The translations under genes were made by a program, and so were the position numbers. A stretch of DNA of 61,495 nt. It comes from a virus. Taxonomy: Duplodnaviria > Caudoviricetes. Within the stretch, counting starts at the first letter, position 1; each line of letters starts with the position of its first letter. Location: IMG/VR virus record IMGVR_UViG_3300023196_001512, positions 1 through 61,495 of that record. One strand, given 5' to 3'. The notes beneath the pieces are model-generated. The model made no database searches, was not told the DNA's origin, and worked only from the letters and a program-made list of their open reading frames with translations. Below are positions 26,542 through 38,400 of the stretch, one piece after another.

Positions 26542-27735
26542 ATGGAAGAAAATGAAAACGTAGTTGATGAAACTACACAAGAACAAACTGTAGAAACAGT
26601 TGATGAAACTAAATTTGAAAGCGCTGGCGATGACAGTGTAATCAAAGTGGATTTAAGTAAAAGTATAGAAGAAGATGCCACTAGAGAGCAAAGCACAGAT
26701 GAGGTACCTGTTCGCGACGAATCCGAAACTAGCGAAGAAGTACTTGAAGAAAACGTCGAAGAGCAAGTTGAAGAACCTGCCAGAAAAGAAGAGCAAGCCG
26801 TTCAAGATGATGAACCCACTGTTCAAGAAATAACAGACGAAGAAGTTGAGCAAGTTGCTGAAGAAGTAGAAGAGGCAATAGCTGAAGCTCAAGAGACTGG
26901 CAAACCATTACCAGAGAATATCCAAAAGTTAGTAGACTTTATGGAAGATACTGGAGGAGACATACAAGACTACGTTAGATTAAATCAAGATTACTCTGAC
27001 TTTGACAGTTTGTCTTTACTAAGAGAATACTATAAGCAAACTAAACCTCATCTAAACTTAGAAGAAATAGACTTCATGATGGAAGATCAATTTTCTTTTG
27101 ACGAAGAAATAGATGAGGATAGAGACATAAGAAGAAAAAAATTAGCTTTGAAAGAGCAAGTTGCTCAAGCAAAGAACCACTTGGAAAGTGTAAAATCCAA
27201 ATACTATGAAGATATCAAAGCTGGAAGCAAGCTCACAGTTGAGCAGCAGAAAGCAGTTGATTTCTTTAATAGATATAACAAAGAGTCGGAAGACAATAAT
27301 AAAGTAGCTGAAAAACAGCACAAAACGTTTTTAAATAAAACTAATCAATTATTCAACAAAGACTTCAAAGGTTTTGAATACAATGTTGGAGATAAAAGGT
27401 TTAGGTACAATGTTAAAAACTCTGAGTCTGTTAAAGATACCCAAAGCGACATTAACAACTTTGTCAAAAAGTTTTTGAACGAAGATAATACAATGTCAGA
27501 TGCTAAAGGTTATCATAAAAGTTTATTTACAGCTATGAATGCTGACGCTATAGCGCAACATTTCTACGAGCAAGGTAAAGCTGACGCACTCAAGGAGAGC
27601 GTTGCTAAATCTAAAAATGTTAACATGGACCCAAGACAACAGTTTGCAGGACCAATTAACACTGGTGGAGTGAAAGTTAAAGTATTAGGCGACAACTCTT
27701 CTGATTTTAAGTTTAAAATTAAAAATAGAAAATAA
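26542..27735 (+). CDS. Putative scaffolding protein
   Basis: Very acidic N-terminus, helical body, between portal and capsid. Confidence 0.7.
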   Translation: MEENENVVDETTQEQTVETVDETKFESAGDDSVIKVDLSKSIEEDATREQSTDEVPVRDESETSEEVLEENVEEQVEEPARKEEQAVQDDEPTVQEITDEEVEQVAEEVEEAIAEAQETGKPLPENIQKLVDFMEDTGGDIQDYVRLNQDYSDFDSLSLLREYYKQTKPHLNLEEIDFMMEDQFSFDEEIDEDRDIRRKKLALKEQVAQAKNHLESVKSKYYEDIKAGSKLTVEQQKAVDFFNRYNKESEDNNKVAEKQHKTFLNKTNQLFNKDFKGFEYNVGDKRFRYNVKNSESVKDTQSDINNFVKKFLNEDNTMSDAKGYHKSLFTAMNADAIAQHFYEQGKADALKESVAKSKNVNMDPRQQFAGPINTGGVKVKVLGDNSSDFKFKIKNRK

Positions 27736-27762
27736 ATTATTTAACGCTTAAAATTTTAAATT

Positions 27763-29247
27763 ATGGCAATTTCAAATCCCGGTGGTTTGTTGAACAGCAC
27801 GCCTTCTGTAATACAGCAGACGTTAGCAACAAACTATCTAGATCTTGCGGCAACCGCGAATGAAGGTTGGGCGCAACAATATTTACCAGACCTAATGGAG
27901 AAAGAAGCTGAAGTATTTGGTCCTCGTACCATTTCAGGTTTTCTTTCACAAGTAGGTGCTGAAGAGGCAATGACAGCTGATCAAGTTGTTTGGTCTGAGC
28001 AAGGTCGCTTGCATTTATCTTACACAGCTACGATGACTAACAACAATGGTGGTACATCTACAGCTGGTCAGATTACTATTAATGATCACATTGATACTGG
28101 TGCAACTTATACTGCATCTAGTCATGGTATTAGAGTTAATGACACTGTTATTATTTCTAACCCAGAAGCAGTTATTAAAGCTTTAGTTATTAAAGTTGCT
28201 GCTGACGTTATAGACGTTGCACCTTATGGTGTAGCAACATGTGCTGCAATTACTGACGCAAAAACTGACTTAGTAGTATTAGTTTACGGTTCTGAGTACG
28301 CTAAAGGTAAAAAATACCTTTCTCCACTTGCAGCTGAAGCTGACACAAGAGGAGCTAACGAGCCTTCTTTCAAGTCTTTTAGCAACAAGCCAATTATCAT
28401 GAAAGATTACTACGAAGTATCTGGATCAGATGCATCTCGTATTGGTTGGGTAGAGGTTTCTACTGAAGCTGGACAAGGTGGTTACTTATGGTATTTAAAA
28501 GCTGAAGCTGACACAAGAGCAAGATTTACTGATTACATTGAAATGGCAATGTTAGAAGGTGAGCTTGGTGTTAGTGGTACTGATGAAGTAGAAAACTTCT
28601 TAGGAACAGCTGGTGATTCAGTTGGTACTCAAGGTTTATTCGCTGCTATTGAATCAAGAGGTAATGTTACTACTGGTGTTACTGGTGTTAACGCTGCAAC
28701 TGACTTAGCTGAATTCGATGCTATCTTAGCTGAATTTGACAAGCAAGGTGCTATTGAAGAAAATATGTTGTTTGTAAATAGAGCTACGTCTCTAGCTATG
28801 GATGATATGTTAGCTTCTATGAACTCTTACGGTGCTGGTGGTACATCTTACGGTGTATTCAACAACTCTGAAGATATGGCATTAAACTTAGGCTTTTCTG
28901 GTTTCCGTAGAGGATCTTACGACTTTTACAAGTCTGACTTCCGTTACTTAAACGACAAAGCTACTCGTGGTGGTATCAACGATGCTGCTGGTGCTAACGC
29001 AATCAGAGGGGTTGTAATTCCTGCTGGTTCTTCATCTGTTTATGATCAAACTGTTGGAGCTTCTATTAAGCGTCCGTTCTTACACGTACGTTACAGAGCT
29101 TCACAAACTGATGATCGTAGAATGAAGTCTTGGGTTACAGGATCTGTAGGAGCTGCTACATCTGCTTTAGATGCAATGCAACTACACTTCTTAACTGAGA
29201 GATGTTTAATTACACAAGGTGCTAACAACTTCATGTTAATGAAGTAA
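27763..29247 (+). CDS. Major capsid protein
   Basis: Position, 494 aa, strongly biased codons, followed by strong terminator. Confidence 0.85.
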   Translation: MAISNPGGLLNSTPSVIQQTLATNYLDLAATANEGWAQQYLPDLMEKEAEVFGPRTISGFLSQVGAEEAMTADQVVWSEQGRLHLSYTATMTNNNGGTSTAGQITINDHIDTGATYTASSHGIRVNDTVIISNPEAVIKALVIKVAADVIDVAPYGVATCAAITDAKTDLVVLVYGSEYAKGKKYLSPLAAEADTRGANEPSFKSFSNKPIIMKDYYEVSGSDASRIGWVEVSTEAGQGGYLWYLKAEADTRARFTDYIEMAMLEGELGVSGTDEVENFLGTAGDSVGTQGLFAAIESRGNVTTGVTGVNAATDLAEFDAILAEFDKQGAIEENMLFVNRATSLAMDDMLASMNSYGAGGTSYGVFNNSEDMALNLGFSGFRRGSYDFYKSDFRYLNDKATRGGINDAAGANAIRGVVIPAGSSSVYDQTVGASIKRPFLHVRYRASQTDDRRMKSWVTGSVGAATSALDAMQLHFLTERCLITQGANNFMLMK

Positions 29248-29259
29248 GCATATTATTAA

Positions 29260-29292
29260 GGTCGAGGGCTTCGGTCCTCGATCTTTTTTTTT
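29260..29292 (+). terminator. Intrinsic terminator
   Basis: GGTCGAGGGC-TTCG-GTCCTCGATC stem-loop followed by a T-run. Confidence 0.9.
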
Positions 29293-29312
29293 AATTTTTA
29301 TTATATTATATC

Positions 29313-30134
29313 ATGGCAAAAAAACAAACAAAGAAGGTTGATGCAGCACCTGAAGTAAAAGCTGCAAACGAAATGGTTGAGGTTAAAATTAATCCTGAAC
29401 CTAAAAAACCAAGTTGGGAGATAAAAGATAGAGTTTATTATTTAAAAGGAAATAAAAAACCACTTTCTTATATGTTGAAGACAAATGGGATTTATTATTT
29501 TGACGAAGAAAAAGGTTACGAAAGAGAATTAAAATATTGTGAAAATCAAAGAACACCATTTGTCGATGAAATGGCAGGTGATCAAAGACTATCGCATGTA
29601 ATTTTTAGAAACGGTGCCTTGTTTGTAGAGAGACAGAAAACAGTTTTACAAAAACTTTTAACTTTACATCATCCTCACAATGGTAGTATTTTCTACGAGC
29701 ATAAACCTGAAACTGTTGCTGCAGATGAAATAGAAGTGCTAGAGATGGAAGCTGATGCAATATTAATGGCTAGACAAATAGACATTGACATGGCTGAAGC
29801 TATAATGCGAGTAGAGAAAGGATCTGGAGTGTCTAAGATGAGCTCTAAAGAGCTTAAAAGAGATTTACTACTATTTGCTCGAAACAATCCTGCTTTATTC
29901 TTAGAGTTGGCGGCTGATGATAATGTTCAGCTTAGAAACTTTGGTATTAAAGCTGTAGAAGAAGGTGTTATTAAATTATCTAGTGATCAACGTAATTTCT
30001 TATGGGGATCAACTGATAGAAAAATAATGACTGTACCGTTTGATGAGCATCCATATACTGCTTTAGCGCATTGGTTCAAAACTGATGAAGGTATGGAGAT
30101 TTATGCAAACATAGAAAAGCGATTAAACGCGTAA
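29313..30134 (+). CDS. Conserved hypothetical protein following the capsid gene
   Basis: 273 aa; synteny with crAss-like head modules. Confidence 0.75.
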   Translation: MAKKQTKKVDAAPEVKAANEMVEVKINPEPKKPSWEIKDRVYYLKGNKKPLSYMLKTNGIYYFDEEKGYERELKYCENQRTPFVDEMAGDQRLSHVIFRNGALFVERQKTVLQKLLTLHHPHNGSIFYEHKPETVAADEIEVLEMEADAILMARQIDIDMAEAIMRVEKGSGVSKMSSKELKRDLLLFARNNPALFLELAADDNVQLRNFGIKAVEEGVIKLSSDQRNFLWGSTDRKIMTVPFDEHPYTALAHWFKTDEGMEIYANIEKRLNA

Positions 30135-30148
30135 TCACTATATAGTAG

Positions 30149-30174
30149 AGCAGCCACTCTACGGGGTGGTTGCT
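30149..30174 (+). other. Stem-loop with C(UACG)G tetraloop and no U-tract
   Basis: AGCAGCCACTC-TACG-GGGTGGTTGCT, intergenic. Confidence 0.7.
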
Positions 30175-30194
30175 TAACTATAAATAATGATAAC

Positions 30195-30929
30195 GTGGTA
30201 AAAATAGATACAGTATATCAAACAGTATTAGCGCTAGCTAACAAAGAGCAAAGAGGTTATATAACTCCACAAGAATTTAACTTGTTTGCAGATCATGCTC
30301 AAATGGAAATATTTGAACAGTATTTTTTTGATCTATATCAATTCAAAAGAATTCCACAAAATCACAACTCATCAACAAATCCTGTTGATTTTATAAACGA
30401 AAAGTTAGACTTATTTAGGGTTAGAGCTGTTTTAGCTGGAGATGCTGGCCTTGATACGGGAGATGATAATGATAGCACTTTTGAGCTACCTAATAATCAT
30501 TATAGAACTATATCTGTAAACAGAAGAAATAACTCAGGAAGTGGTGCTACTATTTGCCAAAGAGTTGAGTGGAACATTTACCATGAGATGACAGGATCTC
30601 CTTTGTTAACACCTCACGACAGTAGACCTGTATATGTAGTATATCAAGACGGTGGAAATAGAATAATCACAAATCCTTTTTCACCAAACGGTGTTGAAGT
30701 ATTCTATATTAGAAAGCCTAATAAACCTGAGTGGACTTATGTTGTTCTTAACGATAAGGCTTTATACAATCCAAGTGGAAATGCTGTAGACTTTGAGCTA
30801 CATCCGTCAGAGCAAAAAAACCTAGTTAATAAAATATTAAAATTAGCTGGCATATCTATTGAAGACGCTGGGCTAGTTCAAGTAGCTACTCAAGAAGAAA
30901 TTAAAAACGTAAGACAAGAAAAAGCATAA
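30195..30929 (+). CDS. Head-tail adaptor / ring protein
   Basis: NKEQRGYITPQEFN..A..AQ, Y.RKP..P.W, FELH.SE; GTG start. Confidence 0.7.
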   Translation: MVKIDTVYQTVLALANKEQRGYITPQEFNLFADHAQMEIFEQYFFDLYQFKRIPQNHNSSTNPVDFINEKLDLFRVRAVLAGDAGLDTGDDNDSTFELPNNHYRTISVNRRNNSGSGATICQRVEWNIYHEMTGSPLLTPHDSRPVYVVYQDGGNRIITNPFSPNGVEVFYIRKPNKPEWTYVVLNDKALYNPSGNAVDFELHPSEQKNLVNKILKLAGISIEDAGLVQVATQEEIKNVRQEKA

Positions 30930-30933
30930 TTAG

Positions 30934-32460
30934 ATGGGTTTAATTAACGATACAGACTACGACTATTACGAAGGCGGAAATTTAGGAGGCTATCAGTTTG
31001 TCTCATTGAAAGATGTTATATCTCAATTTATGGCCGTCTATGTTGGTGAAGAAAAATTAATAAATAAAATTAGTAGAGTTGACGTTGGTTTTTGGGCTCA
31101 ACGGGCTCTAGCTGAACTTTCTTTTGACACGCTTAGATCATTTAAAGCGCAGCAAATAGAAGTGCCGCCTAGTTTAACAATGAGACTTCCTAAGGATTAT
31201 GTTAACTACACTAAGATTAGCTGGGTTGATTCTGCTGGTATTAAGCACCCTTTGTACTCTACTAAGCATACTTCAAATCCTTATCAAATAAAACAAGAAG
31301 CTGACGGAAACTATTTTTACGATACCTCTGTGGATTCTTTTGTTTTTTCTGACAATAACAATTGGATTTATAATACTGGTAACTCTTCAGGTAGAGTCGC
31401 TACATCTCACACGTTTACTTCGTCAAACAAGCTAAATATTAAGCAGCATTTAGTTACTGCTAATAAATTTGGCTCTTACGTGACATACTGCTATAAAGCT
31501 ATAGATGTTTCTCAATATACTGATTCATCATTAGTTGCAACCGCTACATCAGTTGCTGACTCTTTTTTAACTTTAGACGGCACTGAAAGCGAACCTGCTT
31601 TTGGTGAAGGTGCTCTTGCCAACGCTGGAACATATAAGCAGCCTGTTACTACTGTTAGAGTAGGATTAAGCACTAGCCTTCCAGACAATAATCTTAGGTT
31701 AATACCAACAGGTCAGGTGCCGCAAGCAGCGCACGCGAGTGTAGACTATTTTGATTTAGGATATTTAGAGTGGACAGCCGGAGATAGTGGAGAAAAGACT
31801 TTAGGCGAAGATGAAGTTTTAGATCTTGCAGGCGTAGATCAAGCTTATTTAGTTGTAGTTTGTATTGCTCCATATAGCTTGGTAAATAATGATCTTGCTG
31901 GCGCTAAAACTGTGAGCACAAATAATTTTGTTACATCTACAGTTTCTAGTGTATCTCTAGAGTCTAATATACCTTCAGCTAACATAAACTCTACTAATGA
32001 GCAAGAATCATCTACATTCGCTAGCTTTAAGTCTATAACGCCTAGCGAAAATGAAAATGATGATTACAAAAACGACGATTATCAAAGAGTTCCAGATGAA
32101 AGATATGGTTTAGATCCAGCTCATGCTCAAACTAACGGATCGTTTTATGTTGATCAAAGATTAGGTAAAATAAACTTTAGCTCTAATATTTCTGGAAAAA
32201 CTGTAATATTAGATTACATAAGCGATAGCCTTGGTACTGAAGAAGAGATGCAAGTTCATAAATTTGCAGAAGACGCTTTATACAAATGGATTACTTACGG
32301 CGTTTTATCTACAAAAAGCAATATACCAGAATACGTTGTTATGAGAGCTCGCAAAGAAAAAATAGCATCAACTAGAAAAGCTAAACTTAGACTATCGAAT
32401 ATTAAGCTAGAAGATATTACTCAAATACTTAGAGGTAAGTCTAAGCATATAAAACACTAA
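30934..32460 (+). CDS. Second ring / tail tubular protein with internal insertion
   Basis: LPKDYVNY..ISW and ILDYISD.L..VHKFAE.ALY flanking a beta-rich insert. Confidence 0.65.
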   Translation: MGLINDTDYDYYEGGNLGGYQFVSLKDVISQFMAVYVGEEKLINKISRVDVGFWAQRALAELSFDTLRSFKAQQIEVPPSLTMRLPKDYVNYTKISWVDSAGIKHPLYSTKHTSNPYQIKQEADGNYFYDTSVDSFVFSDNNNWIYNTGNSSGRVATSHTFTSSNKLNIKQHLVTANKFGSYVTYCYKAIDVSQYTDSSLVATATSVADSFLTLDGTESEPAFGEGALANAGTYKQPVTTVRVGLSTSLPDNNLRLIPTGQVPQAAHASVDYFDLGYLEWTAGDSGEKTLGEDEVLDLAGVDQAYLVVVCIAPYSLVNNDLAGAKTVSTNNFVTSTVSSVSLESNIPSANINSTNEQESSTFASFKSITPSENENDDYKNDDYQRVPDERYGLDPAHAQTNGSFYVDQRLGKINFSSNISGKTVILDYISDSLGTEEEMQVHKFAEDALYKWITYGVLSTKSNIPEYVVMRARKEKIASTRKAKLRLSNIKLEDITQILRGKSKHIKH

Positions 32461-32463
32461 TTT

Positions 32464-35400
32464 ATGGCAGAGATTACTAACAATTTTCTTCAAGGTAAAA
32501 TGAATAAAGACCTTGATGAAAGAATTTTACCTAAAGGACAATATAGAGACGCGATGAATATACAGATCGCTACGTCTGATGGTTCAGATGTTGGTAGTGC
32601 TCAAAGTATTCTTGGAACTAAAGCTCTTTCTGCTATAGGCGCTTATGACTCTACGTCAGTTTGCATAGGCAGTATTAAAGACACTTTAACAGACTGCATA
32701 TACTACTTTGTTAGATCTAGCAATAGAGACTTTATAGCTAAATACGATGCTAGAGCAGATTACGCTACTTTTGTAGCTGTAGACTTGAGTAGAACACCTG
32801 ATTTAACAGATGGAGATGGAAATCCAATAACTTTAGATCCTTTTTTAAAATTTACTGGAAAGCAAATAACAGCTATAAATATTATAGATAATTATTTGTT
32901 TTGGTCAGATGGTGACAACGAGCCTAAAAAAATAGATTTATCTAAAAATTATTCAGGTCTACAAAGTAATCCTCAAAGTTATAATCATCACTCAAGACTT
33001 ATTCTTGATGGCGTCAACTACGGTTTTTTAAAAGAAGAGCACTTAACTGTTATAAAGAAAAAGCCTCTTAGAGCTCCTCAAATAAAAGTAAACTCTTCTA
33101 AAGGCAACGAAAAGTCTTCTATATTCCAAAGACAAATACCTAGATTTTGTGTTAGGTATAAATACGAAGACAATCAACTATCTGCTTTTAGTCCGTTTAC
33201 TCAGCCAGTTTTTAATGCAGAGTATATTGATGATTACAATAGCAACAACTTCTACGATATATCGGAGTCGTATAACACTGCTATGTTAAACTACATTAGT
33301 TCAATAGAAGTCTACGGCTTTGTAGATAATAGTATGCCTGACGATGTTGTTGAAGTAGAAATACTTTACAAAACAGAGGACTCTAATGTAATATATTCTA
33401 TAGCTAAAATAAAAAAAACAGATACAAGTTGGAGTGATATAGGAAGCTATATAGGAGATTTAGGCTTTAATGAGCCAGGTACATATCTTGATACTTCAGG
33501 AAGCTATGTTATAAGAAGTGAAAATGTTTTTACGGCAATAGCAGAAGATCAATTTTTGAGACCTTTCGATAATGTTCCTAGAAAAGCTTTAGCGCAAGAA
33601 GTTGTTGGTAACAGAATAGTTTACGGTAACTACACTCAAAACTACGATTTAGACTCTGTTGATATAGAAGCAACAGCAGCACCGTATTTCTATGAAACAC
33701 AGGACAAACCTGTTAAATCATTAAAATCAGATAGAAGCTATCAAGTAGGAGTGTTGTTTGTCGACGACTACGGAAGAGAAACTCCTGTGTTTACTTCTAC
33801 ACAAGGCGGTTTTAAAACAATTCAAGATTTATCTAGTGAAGCAAGTTGGAAGACTAGTATAAAGGTAAACTCTAATATTCCTGAGTGGGCTCGTTATTAT
33901 AAGTTTTATATAAAAGAATCTTCAGGACAGTATTACAATTTATTAAATCAAAGAGTTTACATACCGTTTTCTCACAGTCAATTTGAAAACAACGAAAGCC
34001 ACGTGTACCTTTCTTTTCCTTCAAAAGATAGATCTAAAATATCTGTTGACGACTACATTGTTTTAAAAACAGTGATGTTAGAGCCTACGCCTTTTAGAGT
34101 AGGCGAAGATAATAAATATAAAGTATTAGACGTTAGTAATGAAGCTCCAGAAGCAATATCATATAAGTTTTATGATCTTGGAGCAGTTGATAACAAAGAG
34201 TCTAATATTTTAACTAGTGAAACGACTGGTATTTTTGTGCAAGACCCAAGCGTTAATGAAGCTGACTTGCAACGTATAGACCAGCAGACTGATACTTTAA
34301 TAATACGAAAAGACGAATGGCAGGCTATTGGTGTAGATGGCGCCGCTTTAACTAATAGCGAAGGTGGTGGAAATGAAACTTCAAATAAAGTAGAAAACCT
34401 TTACGTGTCATGGTCCTTAGGCAGCTTGCAATCTAAAAGATATAAAGTAACAAACGTAAGAGTATCATTAGACAGTAATTATATTATTAGGTTAAGTGAG
34501 GTAATAAATCTTCAAGACGCTTTAATAGCTAACTTAAATGGTCTAGATACTGATGGAGATTTAAACAGGCAGACTAACATGCCTCCTAATCTTAAGTTTA
34601 AGATACAAAGAAAAGATAGATATTCAGATGAAAACTTTTCTGGACATTTCTTTGTTAAGATAGCGGCGGATGAGCTAATAAAATCTCAACTTGTAAACCA
34701 ACCTAAGCAGATAGAAGCTACAGACAAAGTATTAGCTGCTGAAAAACTTTACTTATGGTTAGACGAAGCTGATGCAAGTGCCAGCACAACAAAAAACAGT
34801 AACGTTCAACATTACGATTTAATTACTAATAATTACTATGGTGGAACAGGTTCTCAGCCAGCAGACATTACTGTCCCTATTGATGGCAACGGAATAACTA
34901 ATAGTAAGGTAGAGTGGGATAATCTTTTAAACGCTAATATAGGTTTTGGCGATGGTCAAGGCAAGTTTTTCATTGACGGTATGTACATGGCCGCTTCTAA
35001 TCCATCGCAAACTTTATATGCTAGAGAGTCAGGTCAAGGATGGGTAGGTAGCGCTGATATAAGATATCCAAGTATAGTTTGGAGTAAAACTCAATCAGGC
35101 CAAAATGTAGACGAAAAAACAGGTTGGAGATTAGAAGACGCGCCAGACCAATACACAGCAATAACTTTTTATAATACCACCCTCAGCTATACTTATAATA
35201 CCAGTGAGATGGACGCTACTACGCAAGCGCCTATCAGTTTCAATGCTGCAGACGCTGCAAGCAACTACGTGAACGGTATAGAGCCTATTTTCCAAGCTAA
35301 CGCTGATTATACAAGTAATACTTACAATGAAAATTCTAGAAGATGGTCAAATTCTACTATATATGGATCTAGTAGAGTAGACGATTTAACAAATACATAT

Positions 35401-38400
35401 AGCCCTAACGGCTATTATATGCACGTTTCGTTTTTAGGTCCTGGTGAAGATTTATTTTCTAAAGACCAAGATTTTCCTGACGGCGTAGCATCAAGAGGTA
35501 TAAGATCGTTAGGTAATTATACTCAAGGAATATGGGGCGGTGGAGCTTTTAACAACGGCGCGAGAGATGGTTTTGTAGAAATGGAAGGGCATTATGGCAG
35601 TGCTTTTTTTAATAATTATAATATAGCATCTGCAACAGTACCTGGGCCTAACGTTAAAGCAGGTGAAGCTATGGGTATAAATTATCAAGAAGATCGGTGG
35701 TCTGTTTTAGGTTACGATTTAAACTATCAAGAGCAGCATGAAAGACAGTTTGACCTTACGTATGGAACAGATAACGTACAGAAGGTTCAAGAAATAATTA
35801 GCAATTTAGTTGCTGGTAAAAAGTTTAGATTTTCAGTAGATACTAATAAAGAAATATATACTATATTAGGTGTTGACGTAAAACGCGTATATAATCACAC
35901 GCCTTGGCGCGCGAGAAAAGTGTGGGACGGATCTAGTTTTGTCAACGGTGAAGACAGTGTTGAAGAGGCGGTTCTTGATTGGGCAACTAACAACAGTTAT
36001 ACAGCTGATGTAAATGCTGGAAACTTGATAAACGCTGGCGCAGCTACTGGTGAACAAGCGGTAAGATGGAATACTGTTTTAGATAGACTAGAAGCTTTCG
36101 GAGCTAAATCTAATAGGCGTGTAGTTTACGCTTTAAAATTAGATAAAGATCCTACTTCTTTTGTTTTAAGTTCAAATGACAATACTTTCGACGTTGATAG
36201 TAGCAATAGTTTAATTGAATTTGTAGAAGAGAGTGCTAAATCGTTTTCTAGTGAAGCTAGCACTAATAAAGCTTTGTTTGAAACAGAGCCTGAAAAATCA
36301 GCTGACTTAGATATTTACTATGAGATTAGCGACGCTATACCTGTAGAAATAACAAAAGAAAATAAAGATATTATATTTCCAATAGGATCTAAAGTAGAAA
36401 TCTTAAACTTTGACAAAGCTGTTGATGGAATTGAATTACCTAAAGCTAGATATATCCGCCAAGCTTTTTATTCTGCCGCGGGAGATTTAAGTATTGTTGT
36501 CAACGGGTTAGATGATGCTGATCGTGGATTTAATTATTACGATCCATCTGACGGAGCAACAGAGCTAGATTATGTAGGTAAAATTTTAGCTATAACTAGA
36601 GCTGACGGCAGTGTTGTTCATGTTGAGATCACTCAAAGAAACGCGAGCAGTGCTTATTACACTAGCGGCGACGGCTCAGGAAACTATGGCTACGCTTTAA
36701 GTTTTAAAGTAAAACTTTCACCATCGCTACCTTATTACTCAAACTTTTACAACGTATTTGCTTTTGGCAACGGTATTGAGTCTAACACTGTTAGAGATGA
36801 TTTTAACGGAGTTTCTATAAGAACAGGTGCTAGAGCATCTACAACACTAGATGAGCCTTATAGAGAGGAAGTAAGAGAGCATGGTTTAATATTCTCTGGA
36901 CTATATAATTCTAACACAGGCGTTAACAACTTAAATCAATTTATACAAGCTCAGAAAATAACTAAAGACTTAAATCCTACTTACGGTAGCATACAAAAGT
37001 TGTTTCAACGACAGACTAACTTAGTAGTGTTTTGCGAAGACAGAGTTGTTAAAGTAATTAGCAACAAAGACGCTATATTCAACGCTGATGGTAACCCTCA
37101 GTTAGTTGCTAACGACAGAGTTCTTGGTCAAGTAACTCCTTTTGTTGGTGAGTTTGGTATATCTAAAAATCCAGAGTCTTTTGCTAGCGAATCATATAGA
37201 GCTTATTTTACAGACAAGCAAAGACGAGCCGTGTTAAGACTTTCAATGGACGGTTTAACACCAATATCAGATGCTGGTATGAAAGACTGGTTTGGCGACA
37301 ACTTAGCAGATAATAGTATTGCATGCTTAGGCACATACGACGATGACAAGCAAGAGTACAACTTAACTATAAAAGAAGGTTATAATAAAAATATAATTGC
37401 TAACGACTCTTTTGATGATGGTGTAGAATTAGTTGAAACGTATCTTGGTCAAAATTTAGTTAATACTGCTTTTACTGGAGGTTCAGCATTTACCGATTTA
37501 ACTTCACCGTCAAAACGAGCTCAGTTTTATCTTTCAAAATTAATATATAATTCTGGGCAAATAATAAGAGACGCTAATATCGACGGTACAATAACGCACG
37601 ACTTACCTTCCGCCCCTCCTGTTCTTGAAGCTGGCAGATGGTATATGTCTGAAATAGAGTCGCCATATAACACTAACTTTATCTCAACATCAAGCGGGCT
37701 TGTTGAAACTAATAACATTAACGTTATAGCAGATAGTGGAGTTGCACTTCAAGTTATAGATATTTTTGAATTTGGCTATGGTTCAGAAACAGTAGATGAA
37801 GCAGGTCTAGCAACGCCAGACCTTCATAATTTTAACCAAACAGACGCTGAATTTAGACAAGAGCTACCTTATCACTTTGGCCAGATCTCTGGTGCTGGTG
37901 TAAGCGGTAATACTATGAGTTTTATGCTTGCCGCTAGAGATCACACAAATATAGGTGAGCCGATATTGTTAGCTATATGGAAGCAGCAAGTTGAAGCTCC
38001 TTTTAGTTTTAGAAGCTGGTTTGGCCCTAGTGTAAATCCAGGTTTTGACATAGCTACTATAAAGTTATACGATATAACAGAACCGCCTAGCATGTCAGTG
38101 CCTAGTGGATGGGCCGTGCAGAGCGAAAACTACACTATGCCACATGCGGGTTATAGATATATAGAAGAGTTTTATATTGACGATGAGTATACTGAAGACG
38201 AAAGAGCTCGTCCAATGGTTTACTATAAAGATAATGCTATTCAATTTAATACTGTTAGTAAAGAATATTTAGCCGCTGAAATTTATAACAGCAATTCTAG
38301 CTCGTTTGATCCTGAGGCAGAATACTTAACACCTACGCATGCTGGATATAATTTTTCTTTTACTATAGGCCCTAATGTTGATACAGGGAATATATCTGGA

